Below are positions 16,903 to 26,113 of a DNA stretch of 64,000 bases, in pieces; the stretch's first letter is position 1; each line of letters starts with the position of its first letter. Position numbers and translations under genes: made by a program. The stretch is from Actinomycetota bacterium. GTDB taxonomy: Bacteria; Actinomycetota; CADDZG01; JAHWKV01. The notes under the pieces are model-generated. The model was not told where the DNA came from, made no database searches, and worked only from the letters and a program-made list of their open reading frames with translations. Location of the stretch: assembly GCA_040905365.1 (NCBI GenBank), contig JBBDRQ010000083.1, positions 1,172 to 65,171 on the forward strand, read 5' to 3'.

Positions 16903-18084
16903 ATGAAATTTGCCTCCCGGAAGACCTCCAAGACCCTGGTTCGGGGCGCCTTCGAAGGGCCTGCTCGCCTGGGGAAGCGAACCAAGGACCTGATAAAAAC
17001 CTTGGAGCCCGGTGACGTCGCGGTTATCGACCACCAGGACCTGGACCGGATCGCAGCCGAAGGGTTGGTCGAAAAGCAGGTCAAGGCCGTGCTCAACGCA
17101 TCATCGTTCTGTACGGGCCGTTACCCCAACCTGGGCGCCCTGATACTGGCGGGGGCCGGTATCCACATCGTGGAGAACGTCGGCGAGAAAGTGTTCGACG
17201 AGCTAGTCGAGGGCGAAACGGTGACGCTCTACCACGGAACTGTTCGCCGGGACGGGGAGCTGGTAGCCGAGGGCAACAGCGTAAGTCTCGCCGAGGCACA
17301 AGACCGGCTGGACGCCTGCAAAAGGAACATATCGGCTGCCCTGGAAGACTTCGCCGAGAACACCCTGCAGTACATGGTCAACGAGCGGGAGTTTCTGCTT
17401 GAGGCCGTCCATTTGCCCCAAGTAAAGACCGAGTTCGCCCACCGGCACGTGCTGCTCGTGGTGCGCGGCTACGGCTATAAGCAGGACTTGGCTTCTCTGC
17501 GCGGGTATATTCGCGACTTCCGCCCGGTACTGGTGGCCGTCGACGGCGGCGCCGACGCACTGCTGGATCTGAAGCTGACCCCCCACGTCATAATCGGGGA
17601 TTTCGACTCGGTCAGCACCAAAGCGCTCAAGTGCGGGGCCGAGCTGATCGTCCACGCCTTTGCCGACGGCGAAGCGCCGGGGGGTAAACGGTTGGATGCT
17701 CTGGGTCTTCAGTACAGCAAGTTTGAGGCGCCCGGGACCAGCGAGGACGTCGCAATGCTGCTGGCTAACGAAAAGGGCGCCGAGCTGATCGTAGCGGTCG
17801 GCGCACGGGTGAGTATGGTTGAGTTTATGGACAAAGGACGCAAGGGAATGGCTTCGACCTTCCTGGTGAGGCTGCGCGTCGGCCCTAAGCTCGTCGACGC
17901 CAAAGGGGTCAGCGAGTTGCACCGCAGCGGACCCAAGTGGTGGGAGCTGTTCGGTCTGGTAGCTGCCGCGCTGCTGACCATGTTGGTGGTGGTCGGCATC
18001 TCGCAGCCGATGCAACTGGTCTTGCAGGCTGCCTGGGATGCGATGAGCGACCTGGTGTTTTCGGTTCGGCAGGCGCTTCGTTGA
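16903..18084 (+). CDS. steA: SteA-like putative cytokinetic ring protein (thiamine-pyrophosphokinase-like domain, C-terminal TM)
   Basis: 'VIIGDFDSVS' TPK catalytic-domain motif and a C-terminal TM helix. Its position after nadK matches the mycobacterial tlyA-ppnK-(recN)-steA-steB order. Confidence 0.65.
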   Translation: MKFASRKTSKTLVRGAFEGPARLGKRTKDLIKTLEPGDVAVIDHQDLDRIAAEGLVEKQVKAVLNASSFCTGRYPNLGALILAGAGIHIVENVGEKVFDELVEGETVTLYHGTVRRDGELVAEGNSVSLAEAQDRLDACKRNISAALEDFAENTLQYMVNEREFLLEAVHLPQVKTEFAHRHVLLVVRGYGYKQDLASLRGYIRDFRPVLVAVDGGADALLDLKLTPHVIIGDFDSVSTKALKCGAELIVHAFADGEAPGGKRLDALGLQYSKFEAPGTSEDVAMLLANEKGAELIVAVGARVSMVEFMDKGRKGMASTFLVRLRVGPKLVDAKGVSELHRSGPKWWELFGLVAAALLTMLVVVGISQPMQLVLQAAWDAMSDLVFSVRQALR

Positions 18085-18980
18085 TCACGTTTCGCTATCA
18101 CATAGTCTCGATAGTGGCCGTGTTCCTGGCCTTGTCGGTCGGCGTCTTGTTCGGGGCGACGTTTATCGACCAAAGCATCGTCGACGGTCTGGAGGCCACT
18201 CAAGAACGACTTGGAGATCGCAACGAGCAGCTTCGAAATCGCACTCTCGACCTGGAAGGCCGGAACGAGCAATTCCAAACCTTCGCGGGCGTCACGCGGG
18301 ATGCCACCGTGCGCGGGGTGCTCGAAGGGCAGCCTGTGGTGACGATCAAATTTGACGGAACGTCCGACCAGGTTCTGGAGTCGCTAACCCGCACCCTGGA
18401 CGCAGCCGGCGCCCGGCTGGATGGAACACTAACCCTCACCGAGCAGCTGGATATGTCTGCGGACGAAACCCGGGAACGCTTGAGAGCGGCCCTGGATACC
18501 TCGATCGAAAACCCCGAGGCTTTGTCGGTTGAGCTGGCCCGCCACGTGGCCGAGGCCCTGGCCGGCATCAACCCTCAGGTGCTTCCGCGGCTGGCGGAGG
18601 CCGGCCTTATAAGAGGTAATGTCTCCCTGCCGGCACTTGCCGAGGATGCGCCCGCACAGGAGCCCGGCCCGGGTTTGCCGGCGGTGGTCGTGGTGGGCGG
18701 AGAGGTTTCGCCCACGTTCAACGCCCGGGTTATCGTCCCGGTTACCCGGGCGTTGGCCGAGCAGGATATCGTGACCGTGGTGGGGGTGCCGGGACGAACC
18801 GGGGCAACCTTACAAAGCTTGAGAAGCGGCGATCTGCGGGTCGTCACGGTCGACGGAATCGAGTTTGCGATGGGCCAGTCTCTGGTGGCTCTGGGGCTCA
18901 GGGGTGCGCTGGATGGACAGTTTGGAAGGTACGGAACAGGCGAGGGAGCCACCGCCGCGGTCCCCATTCCTGGTCCTTAG
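18081..18980 (+). CDS. MctB/SteB-like membrane-anchored protein (copper transporter MctB family)
   Basis: TTG at 18081 overlaps the steA stop. One N-terminal TM helix (IVSIVAVFLALSVGVLFG), then a coiled-coil and a periplasmic domain. Synteny with steA. Confidence 0.55.
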   Translation: MITFRYHIVSIVAVFLALSVGVLFGATFIDQSIVDGLEATQERLGDRNEQLRNRTLDLEGRNEQFQTFAGVTRDATVRGVLEGQPVVTIKFDGTSDQVLESLTRTLDAAGARLDGTLTLTEQLDMSADETRERLRAALDTSIENPEALSVELARHVAEALAGINPQVLPRLAEAGLIRGNVSLPALAEDAPAQEPGPGLPAVVVVGGEVSPTFNARVIVPVTRALAEQDIVTVVGVPGRTGATLQSLRSGDLRVVTVDGIEFAMGQSLVALGLRGALDGQFGRYGTGEGATAAVPIPGP

Positions 18981-19018
18981 TGCCGTGACCACCAACCTTC
19001 GGGGCGTTTGCAAAAGTT

Positions 19019-20191
19019 TCAAGGCAGCCTGACGTAGGTGGACTTTCCGCGCGGGTCTACTAGCAGGGCGCCGATTTGCTCCGCAGCGCGCTGCCAGCTC
19101 CATTCGGTCTGGGCCCAGGTGCGGGCTGCTTCGCCGAACCGCCGGCGGCGAGCCGGATCGCTTAGGAGGTCCACGGTGCGGCGTGCGATGTCACTTGGGT
19201 CGCGCGGGTCGACCACGTACCCGGTGATGCCGTGTCGCACCGTCTCGGGGGCGCCGCCGCTGCGCCCGACGATCACGGGGCAGCCGGTGGCCTGTGCTTC
19301 GAGGTAGACGATGCCGAGCGCTTCGGGTTCGATGCCCGCCCAGCGGGTTCGTGACGGGCCGACGAAGACGTCGGCGCTGTCGTACCAGGCGGGCATCTCG
19401 TCCCAGGGGACCTCGCCGATGAACCGCACTTGGCGGTGCGCTCCCACCCGTTGCGCCAGCCGCTCGAGCTGAGCGCGCTGGGGTCCGGTTCCCACGACCA
19501 GCAGCAGTGCGTCAGGCACGGCGCGGGCGATTGCCGGCATCGCGTGGATCAGCTGGTCCTGGCCCTTCCTCGCGACCAGGCGCGACGCGGAGAGCACCAC
19601 CGGGCGGTCGGGAGCGATGCCCAGCCGCTCACGCAGGCGACTCCCGCCACAGCCGGGTCGAAAGAGGTCGGTGTCGGCGCCGGGCATCAGCGGATGCAAC
19701 CGATGCCGGGCCGGCGCGGACAGCGCAGGCTCGAGGCGAGCTCGGCAGAACTCGGACACGTAGGTGAGCGCGTCGCAATCGTCGGCCACCCGACGAAGAG
19801 CTCGGCGTACGAGTGGGACCCCAGCCCATCCGGGCTCGTGCCCGTGGGTGAGCGCAACCACGCGCTGGGCGCCTGCCTGCCGCAACCGAGCTGCAAGCAG
19901 TCCGAGCGGTGCAGCGGCGCCGAAGAGTACGCGGTCGCAGTCGTGGTCGCGCAGTATCCGTTCTGCGAGCCGCGCCGTGGCCGGGGTCGGGAGGAGCATC
20001 GCCGCTCGATGGCGCACAACCGCGAAGTCCAGCGTTGCGTCGAAGGCCGCACCGCCAGGGGTCGAGCTGGTGAGCACCACGAGCTCGTCGGCGGGCAGCC
20101 GAGCGCACAGTGCGAATATGAACGTCTCGATGCCGCCACAGCGCGGGGGGAAGTCGTTGGTGATAACCAGGATGCGACCCACCGATCTCAC
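19019..20191 (-). CDS. GT4 family glycosyltransferase
   Basis: 'ILVITNDFPPRCGGIETF' N-terminal domain and 'EALGIVYLEAQATGCPVIVGRSGG' EX7E/GT-B C-terminal motif. GTG start chosen at the VRSVGRILVITND position. The track ORF N-terminal extension to 20731 overlaps the upstream gene and is R/A-rich junk. Confidence 0.8.
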   Translation of the reverse strand: MRSVGRILVITNDFPPRCGGIETFIFALCARLPADELVVLTSSTPGGAAFDATLDFAVVRHRAAMLLPTPATARLAERILRDHDCDRVLFGAAAPLGLLAARLRQAGAQRVVALTHGHEPGWAGVPLVRRALRRVADDCDALTYVSEFCRARLEPALSAPARHRLHPLMPGADTDLFRPGCGGSRLRERLGIAPDRPVVLSASRLVARKGQDQLIHAMPAIARAVPDALLLVVGTGPQRAQLERLAQRVGAHRQVRFIGEVPWDEMPAWYDSADVFVGPSRTRWAGIEPEALGIVYLEAQATGCPVIVGRSGGAPETVRHGITGYVVDPRDPSDIARRTVDLLSDPARRRRFGEAARTWAQTEWSWQRAAEQIGALLVDPRGKSTYVRLP

Positions 20192-21438
20192 CTGGCCTTT
20201 CCGGCCGTATGGTCGACCGCGCCGACCCGGGCGGAGTCCGAAGCAGGCGCTCGGACCCCGGGCGCCGCCGAACGTTCGGTGGGCGAGTCGCCGGCTACCG
20301 GGGGGTTGCCGGACCGTCGATGTGCGAGGCGCAAGGAGCCGTAGGCCGCTGCGCCCAGCGGGATCGGCAACCAGAACTGGAGTAGCCGCCAGACGAGCAC
20401 CGCCAGGACTGCGGTTCCCAGCGGCATGCCTCCGAACGCGACCAGAAGAGCGGGAAGCACCCCCTCGACGAGCCCGAGCCCTGCAGGCGTCACCGGCACC
20501 GTCGTGAGTACCTGGGCTATGCCGAAGGCGACGATCAGTTCGACTGGATGCGGCGTGATGTCGAACGCTCGGAGGACGACCCAAAGCGACGCTGCATCGA
20601 GCAGCCAGTTGGCGGCCGCCCAGCCGACGCCGCTGCGCAGCAGGTCGCGTCGCCGCGCGATCTCGTGGAGGCGATCGGCCACTCGATGCAAAGAGGCGGC
20701 TGCTGCGTCTCCGTCGACGAAGGGGATCCACCGGACCACTCGCTCAGCGTGTGCTCGTCCTCGCAGCAGCAGGAACACCAGCGCAGCCGCGGCTGCCAGC
20801 AGCCCAGCACCGATGATCGCAGCGGCGGAGTAGACGGGCTGCACTCCGTTAACCGGGATCGACACGACGAGCGCCACCCAGACGATCACGTTCAGCACGA
20901 TCGCTGAGCCGAGCCCGACCGATGCCAGCGAGAACCCCGCGGCCGCTCCATGCACGCCGGCCCGCGTGAGCAACCGGTAGCCGAGAGCGCTGCCGGCCGC
21001 GGTTCCCCCGGGGACCACGTGCGCAAGGGCCTTCGTGGCCAGTTGGATCCGCAGCAGCGTCACGAACGGAACCCGTGGCTCGGCGGGAAGGGAGACACGC
21101 GTGAGCAGGCTGTAGGCCACGAGCGACGCCAGTTGCAGCGTGAGCGCACCTGCGAGCAGCCACAGGTCGACGGTGGCGAGGACACCGGATGACTCCATGC
21201 CGCGCGCCAGCTGAGGTACCACGAACACGTAGAGGATTGCTCCCGTCGCCCCAACCAGCGCCATGGTCCGCAGACCGCGGGCCGACCGTCTCGGCGATGT
21301 TTCCGAGTCATCTCCATGGCCTGCCGGGCTCCACCGGAAGGCCCCGTTCGTCCTCCCGCGCCATCGGGGGCGGCTCCGGTGTATCGCCTCGCTGCTGTCG
21401 GGATCGCTCATGGCTTCATCCTCACACCTGCGGACCAT
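20188..21438 (-). CDS. flippase-like domain membrane protein (UPF0104 / lysylphosphatidylglycerol-synthase TM-region family)
   Basis: About 8 TM helices with the pattern typical of PF03706 ('LLAGALTLQLASLVAYSLL...', 'RLLTRAGVHGAAAGFSLASVGLGSAIVLNV'). Its stop overlaps the GT4 start. Confidence 0.6.
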   Translation of the reverse strand: MVRRCEDEAMSDPDSSEAIHRSRPRWRGRTNGAFRWSPAGHGDDSETSPRRSARGLRTMALVGATGAILYVFVVPQLARGMESSGVLATVDLWLLAGALTLQLASLVAYSLLTRVSLPAEPRVPFVTLLRIQLATKALAHVVPGGTAAGSALGYRLLTRAGVHGAAAGFSLASVGLGSAIVLNVIVWVALVVSIPVNGVQPVYSAAAIIGAGLLAAAAALVFLLLRGRAHAERVVRWIPFVDGDAAAASLHRVADRLHEIARRRDLLRSGVGWAAANWLLDAASLWVVLRAFDITPHPVELIVAFGIAQVLTTVPVTPAGLGLVEGVLPALLVAFGGMPLGTAVLAVLVWRLLQFWLPIPLGAAAYGSLRLAHRRSGNPPVAGDSPTERSAAPGVRAPASDSARVGAVDHTAGKAR

Positions 21439-21580
21439 GGAACTCTACAATACGCAAGATACGGCAGGACGGTATCCGCCCTCCTCGCGCTTTGCGCTCG
21501 GCGCGTCTGGACGCTCTCGGTACACATGCTATTTCTACGACAGACCACTAGTGGTCACGGCACTAGAAGGCTCGGGGAAC

Positions 21581-22144
21581 CTAGAAGGTCCCGTCCCGGC
21601 GCGGCCGGTCCCACCAGGGAACCCAGTTCTTCTTTTTGACGCGGATGGGTTCGGCCGCCTTGGTCTTGCGCCGCAGGTCCCGCTCAAGAAGGGTGAACCC
21701 GCGTACCCGGTCGGGAGGCGGCCGGTTGGGGGCTATGGGCACATTCGCGTAGATGCTGTCCGACTGGTCCTGTAGCGAGTCGAACTTCATCCCCCGGATG
21801 CCGCCTTCGTGCTGCAACTCCGGCGCCCATATGCCGATGACCTCATCGCGGCGGTCCCATTCGGCGACGGGCACGTCTATGGTCGGCGCTCCCCGGTCCC
21901 ACTCCAGGCACCAGGACAGCAGCTTGTCCTCCATGGCCAAGCCCCGGGCCACGTGTACGACCTCACCTTGATCGGTCACGCCGCGGGGGAAGTCGAAAAA
22001 GTTGGTCAAGGTCATATCTTGGCCGCCGAACACGGCTCTGCCGCCGGGGCCGTAGCGCCAAACGCCGTTATCTTCGCGGTAAAAGCGGCCTTTGCCGCAG
22101 CTGGCAGTAATCTGGTTCCCTTCGTTTTGAGCGTTGGGACTCAA
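21581..22144 (-). CDS. hypothetical protein (Trp-rich basic C-terminus)
   Basis: 187 aa with no recognisable motif. It ends '...KKKNWVPWWDRPRRDGTF'. It sits divergent to murJ inside the envelope locus. Confidence 0.4.
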   Translation of the reverse strand: MSPNAQNEGNQITASCGKGRFYREDNGVWRYGPGGRAVFGGQDMTLTNFFDFPRGVTDQGEVVHVARGLAMEDKLLSWCLEWDRGAPTIDVPVAEWDRRDEVIGIWAPELQHEGGIRGMKFDSLQDQSDSIYANVPIAPNRPPPDRVRGFTLLERDLRRKTKAAEPIRVKKKNWVPWWDRPRRDGTF

Positions 22145-22259
22145 CCTATCTGATGGTACGAAATAGTTGCTCTCGAACGAAACTCAAGCGGATTCCCGGC
22201 GGTACGACGACGGCTTCGCAAAGCGGGACGTATAGGGTGCGGGATAGGGTTGGCCGAAC

Positions 22260-23882
22260 ATGAGAAAAGTGACCGACACCGCTCGTGCGGCGGTCGGTAT
22301 GGGCGCGATTGTTGCATTCTCCCGAGCGATGGGTTTCGCGCGCGTGCTGGTAGTGGCGGCCGTGCTCGGCACCAGCTATCTGGGCAACGCCTTCCAGGCC
22401 GCCAACTCCCTGTCCAACGTCCTGTTCGAGCTACTGGCGGCCGGCGCGCTTTCGGCGGTACTGGTGCCGACGTTCGTACGGCTGATGAGCGCCGGCGACA
22501 CCAAGGGGGCTCAGGAGGTGGCCGGCGGGATCTTGGGAGTCGCGGTGCTTGGATTGGGCGCAGTTGCCGTCGGAGTTGTGGCGGCCGCCCCGCTGATCGC
22601 GCGCCTGCTGACGTTGGGGGTCCCTCCGGAGGTGGTTACCGAACAAAGGGAGCTGGTTACGTTTCTATTGCGGTTTTTTGCTCCCCAGGTCGTTATGTAC
22701 GGCGCGGGAACCATTGCCATCGCCGTACTGCACGCCCGCCGGCGCTTTGCCGTGACCGTGGCGGCGCCGATCGGAAGCACGGTTGTAATGGTGGCGTGTC
22801 TGTTGGCGTTTGGGGCGTCGGTACAGGGCCCGCCCGGGTTCGACCTTTCCGCTTATCAGCGCTGGCTGCTGGTGGCTGCCGGCACCGGAGGCGTAGCCGC
22901 GTTTGTGGGGGTCCTGTTGGCCGCCTGTCGGGCGTCGGGATTTCATCTGTGGCCCCGTTTGAGGTTGCGCGACCCGCGGGTGCATGAGGTGCTCAGGCAG
23001 TCCGGCTGGGGCGTGATGCTGCACAGTGCCGCAGGACTCTTGCTGGGAGCGGCCATCATGGCCGGATCTGCGGTGGAGGGTGCGGTGGTCGCGTACCAGG
23101 TTGGCTGGGTCTTCTTCCTGGCCCCGTTTGGAATCCTGTCGCAGCCGGTCCAGACCGCAATACTGCCGGAGCTGGTCAGTGAGGGCGCCGGGTCCGACCT
23201 CGAGAGGTTCCGGACCAGCGTGCGCTGGGCTCTGGAGCGGATCGCTCTGTTTGTGCTGCCGGTAACTGCGGCGATGGCGGCTTTGGCCCTGCCGGGTATG
23301 CGGTTGGTGGCTTTTGGTGAAGCCGCCGATCAGGGACCTCGTCTGCTGGCGGCGGCGGTCGCGGCTCTTGGAGTGGGCCTGTTCCCGTACGGCGCCTTCC
23401 TCTTGCTGGCGCGCGCCTACTACGCGCTCAACGAGAGCCGATTTCCCGGAGTGGTGGCGGTGGCAGCTTCCCTGGCCGGTGTGGGCGTAATGGCGATCGG
23501 CGCCCTGACCGCCGGCGGCGCCGGCCGGGTCGCGATGCTGGGCGCCGGGCATACGCTTGCGTATACCTTGGGCTGCGTTGTGCTTTTGCGCAGCCTGGGC
23601 CGACGTACCGGCGGGTCGGTAATGCCCAAGCGGCTGGCGACGATGGCCGCAGTGTCCGCCGCGGCCGGGTTGCTGGTTTGGCTGGCGAGTCGGGTGGCGC
23701 TGGAGGGTGGAAGTGGACGGCTGTACGACCTGGCCGTCTTGGCCGCCTCGGGCGTGATCGGCGGCGGCCTGGTCTTCCTCGGATACCGCCTATCGGGGCT
23801 CCCGGCGGCCTTGACCCAACGTCCATGGTCGCTCCCGCAGGCGCCCGGCAGCGATCCGGCCCCCGGGGGAACCCTCCCGTGA
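22260..23882 (+). CDS. murJ: lipid II flippase MurJ (MviN family)
   Basis: N-terminal 'FSRAMGFARVLVVAAVLGTSYLGNAFQAANSLSNVLFELLAAGALSAVLVPTF' is the canonical MurJ signature. 14 predicted TM segments over 540 aa. Confidence 0.85.
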   Translation: MRKVTDTARAAVGMGAIVAFSRAMGFARVLVVAAVLGTSYLGNAFQAANSLSNVLFELLAAGALSAVLVPTFVRLMSAGDTKGAQEVAGGILGVAVLGLGAVAVGVVAAAPLIARLLTLGVPPEVVTEQRELVTFLLRFFAPQVVMYGAGTIAIAVLHARRRFAVTVAAPIGSTVVMVACLLAFGASVQGPPGFDLSAYQRWLLVAAGTGGVAAFVGVLLAACRASGFHLWPRLRLRDPRVHEVLRQSGWGVMLHSAAGLLLGAAIMAGSAVEGAVVAYQVGWVFFLAPFGILSQPVQTAILPELVSEGAGSDLERFRTSVRWALERIALFVLPVTAAMAALALPGMRLVAFGEAADQGPRLLAAAVAALGVGLFPYGAFLLLARAYYALNESRFPGVVAVAASLAGVGVMAIGALTAGGAGRVAMLGAGHTLAYTLGCVVLLRSLGRRTGGSVMPKRLATMAAVSAAAGLLVWLASRVALEGGSGRLYDLAVLAASGVIGGGLVFLGYRLSGLPAALTQRPWSLPQAPGSDPAPGGTLP

Positions 23883-26113
23883 TGCACCGCGGACCCATCC
23901 TGCTGATGGCCTTGATCCTGGCCGCGACCGTCCTTGGGGGGTGTGCTCCGGACGCGGCTGATCCGGTGAAGCAGGCCGACCGGGTCCTGATTATTTCCCT
24001 CCCCGGGGTCCGCTGGGCCGACGTCTTGGAGCACGACACTCCCAACCTGGACGCACTGTTGGAAACCGCGGCGATAGGCGACCTGTCGACCCGGATCGGC
24101 CGGCGTCCAGCGTCCGTTACGGAGGCGTATCTGTCTATCGGGGCCGGTACGCGCGCGATGGCTCCTCCGGAGGATGCCGGAGTTGCCCTCGATCCGGACG
24201 AGACGTACCTGGGGGTGCGGGCATCGACCATTCTGCAGCGGCGGCTGGGCGAAGTGCCCTCGGGCGTTGTTTACCTGTCTGCGGCGGAGGCGAGAGCCCG
24301 TAACGACAGCTCGCCATTTGGGGCTCAACCCGGCCACCTGGGTGACCTGCTCCGTGAGGCCGGGGTCGAGCGCGCGGTTATCGCCAACGCCGATACCGTT
24401 GAGGATACCGAGGGGGAAGACCCGCCGGACCGAGCCTATGCTCGGGGTGCGGTGACGGCGCTGATGGGAACCGACGGTGTTGTCCCCCACGGAACGGTGG
24501 GGCGCTCTTTGCTGCAACGTGATCCGGCCGCCGCGTTCGGGCACCGTCTGAACCCGGATGCAGTGTTAAGAGCTTTCGATAGTTTCTGGTCGGGGGACGG
24601 TACCAGGGTGGCCCTGGTCGAGGCATCCGATTTGCACCGGGCAAGCCTCTACGAACTCGAAACAGGTCAAGCTCAGGGGCAGGCGGTGCGCGCCGCTGCG
24701 CTCGCCGGGTCGGATGAACTGCTGGGCGCGCTGATCGGCCGCACCGATCCAAGCCGGGACGCGGTCTTGGTGCTGTCGCCGGTCACCTCCGGTTCCAGCC
24801 CCGAGCTTGCCGTGGCAGCGCTGCGGTCCCCGGGAGTCAAACCGGGGTTGCTGCGCTCGTCTACGACCCGGCGGGACGGCTATGTGCAGCTCGCGGATGT
24901 AGCGCCGACGGTGCTTGACCTGGTGGGCCTGGAGCACGTCCGTGAGATGGAGGGCCGTCCCTTCCAGGTAGCGCAGCCCGATGTCAGAGACCGTGTGAGC
25001 CACCTGATCGCCGCCTCTGAAGATGCCGACTTCCATGAGAGCCTAATGACGAAGGTCGTGCTGGCCATCTTTGTTTTGGTGTCGGCTTTGCTGGCCGCAG
25101 TTGTCTTCCGCCACCGTCTGCCGGGGCGGCTGCGCGGGTGGATCGAGCCCCTGGCGATGGGAATTCTTGGCCTGGTGCCCGGTACGTACCTGGTGGCCCA
25201 GCTCGATTTCGTTCGTCAACGAACCGTCCTGTACTTTGCCGGCGTAATGTTCGTTGCGGCGGCGACTGCGGCTACGGGGCTCTTCATCGAGCGCCGCCGC
25301 GAGGGCTTGGGCCTGATGGCGGTGCTGGGGGCGATCGCGGTCCTGTTCTCCCTTGACGTGGTTCTGGGGGCGCCCTTGCAGGTCAACTCCGTCTTCGGTT
25401 ACTCGGTGGCGGTGGCTGGGCGCTTCGCAGGTTTTGGTAATCTGGCTTTTGCCCTGTTTGGGACCACTGCAGTCTTGCTGGCGGTGCTTACCGTGGAGCG
25501 CCATGGCCGGCGGGCGTTATGGCCGGTCCTGGTGATGCTTGGCCTGGTCGTCCTGGTTGAGGGACTGCCGATGCTGGGCGGAGACGTCGGGGGTGTGGTT
25601 TCGATGGTCCCCGCCTTTGGTGTCACCGGGTTGCTGCTGGCCGGCCGCAGGCTCCGCTGGCTGCACATCGCAGGGCTCGGCGCCGGAACCCTTGCCTTGG
25701 TCCTGGCTTTTGCGTTCGTGGATGCCAGCCGCCCGCCCGGAGCGCGCACCCACCTGGCGCGTCTGGCCCAAAACTTGCTGGAAGGTCGGTGGTCTCCGTT
25801 CGCCGACAGTGTGGGGCGCCGGCTGCAAGCTAGCTTCGGCAGCGCGGAGCTCACGGCCTGGGTGAGCCTGGCCGTTCTGATGCTGGGCGCGGCCGTGTAT
25901 GTGTTCCTGGTTGCACGCGGGACCATTGGGCTCGACGCCCCGCCGCGTCGCCGCGAGCCGGGCTGGTCGGCGGCGGTCGCCGGACTTGGAGTCCTGGCGG
26001 TGATGGGTCTGGTGGCCAACGACTCTTCGCTAGCGGTTCCGGCGACCATGTTTGTCGTAGCGGCGCCGGTCTTTGCGATACGTTACACACGCGCTGCCGG
26101 TGGCGCCGAATGA
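23882..26113 (+). CDS. exported lipoprotein-like protein (paralog 1): type-I-phosphodiesterase/alkaline-phosphatase-like ectodomain plus C-terminal ~10-TM domain
   Basis: ATG overlaps the murJ stop (TGATG). Signal peptide with lipobox (LAATVLGGC). 'VLIISLPGVRWADVLEHDTPNLDAL' resembles the hhhISIDGxRxDY N-terminal motif of ENPP/AP-superfamily enzymes. About 10 hydrophobic helices follow residue ~440. It is paralogous to 26955..29219. Confidence 0.6.
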   Translation: MHRGPILLMALILAATVLGGCAPDAADPVKQADRVLIISLPGVRWADVLEHDTPNLDALLETAAIGDLSTRIGRRPASVTEAYLSIGAGTRAMAPPEDAGVALDPDETYLGVRASTILQRRLGEVPSGVVYLSAAEARARNDSSPFGAQPGHLGDLLREAGVERAVIANADTVEDTEGEDPPDRAYARGAVTALMGTDGVVPHGTVGRSLLQRDPAAAFGHRLNPDAVLRAFDSFWSGDGTRVALVEASDLHRASLYELETGQAQGQAVRAAALAGSDELLGALIGRTDPSRDAVLVLSPVTSGSSPELAVAALRSPGVKPGLLRSSTTRRDGYVQLADVAPTVLDLVGLEHVREMEGRPFQVAQPDVRDRVSHLIAASEDADFHESLMTKVVLAIFVLVSALLAAVVFRHRLPGRLRGWIEPLAMGILGLVPGTYLVAQLDFVRQRTVLYFAGVMFVAAATAATGLFIERRREGLGLMAVLGAIAVLFSLDVVLGAPLQVNSVFGYSVAVAGRFAGFGNLAFALFGTTAVLLAVLTVERHGRRALWPVLVMLGLVVLVEGLPMLGGDVGGVVSMVPAFGVTGLLLAGRRLRWLHIAGLGAGTLALVLAFAFVDASRPPGARTHLARLAQNLLEGRWSPFADSVGRRLQASFGSAELTAWVSLAVLMLGAAVYVFLVARGTIGLDAPPRRREPGWSAAVAGLGVLAVMGLVANDSSLAVPATMFVVAAPVFAIRYTRAAGGAE

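Noticed and set aside
15287-18084. Expected recN between nadK and steA, by analogy with mycobacteria.
   Set aside because: nadK ends at 16866 and steA starts at 16903. There is no room for a gene, so recN must be elsewhere.
19019-20731. Track ORF gives the GT4 glycosyltransferase a 180-aa N-terminal extension.
   Set aside because: The extension (MDPLRRRRRSSRLFASSGRSPPRDRAATRPAAQRRR...) is Arg/Ala junk. It overlaps the upstream flippase-like gene by about 540 nt in another frame. The GT4 fold begins at VGRILVITNDFPP with an in-frame GTG.
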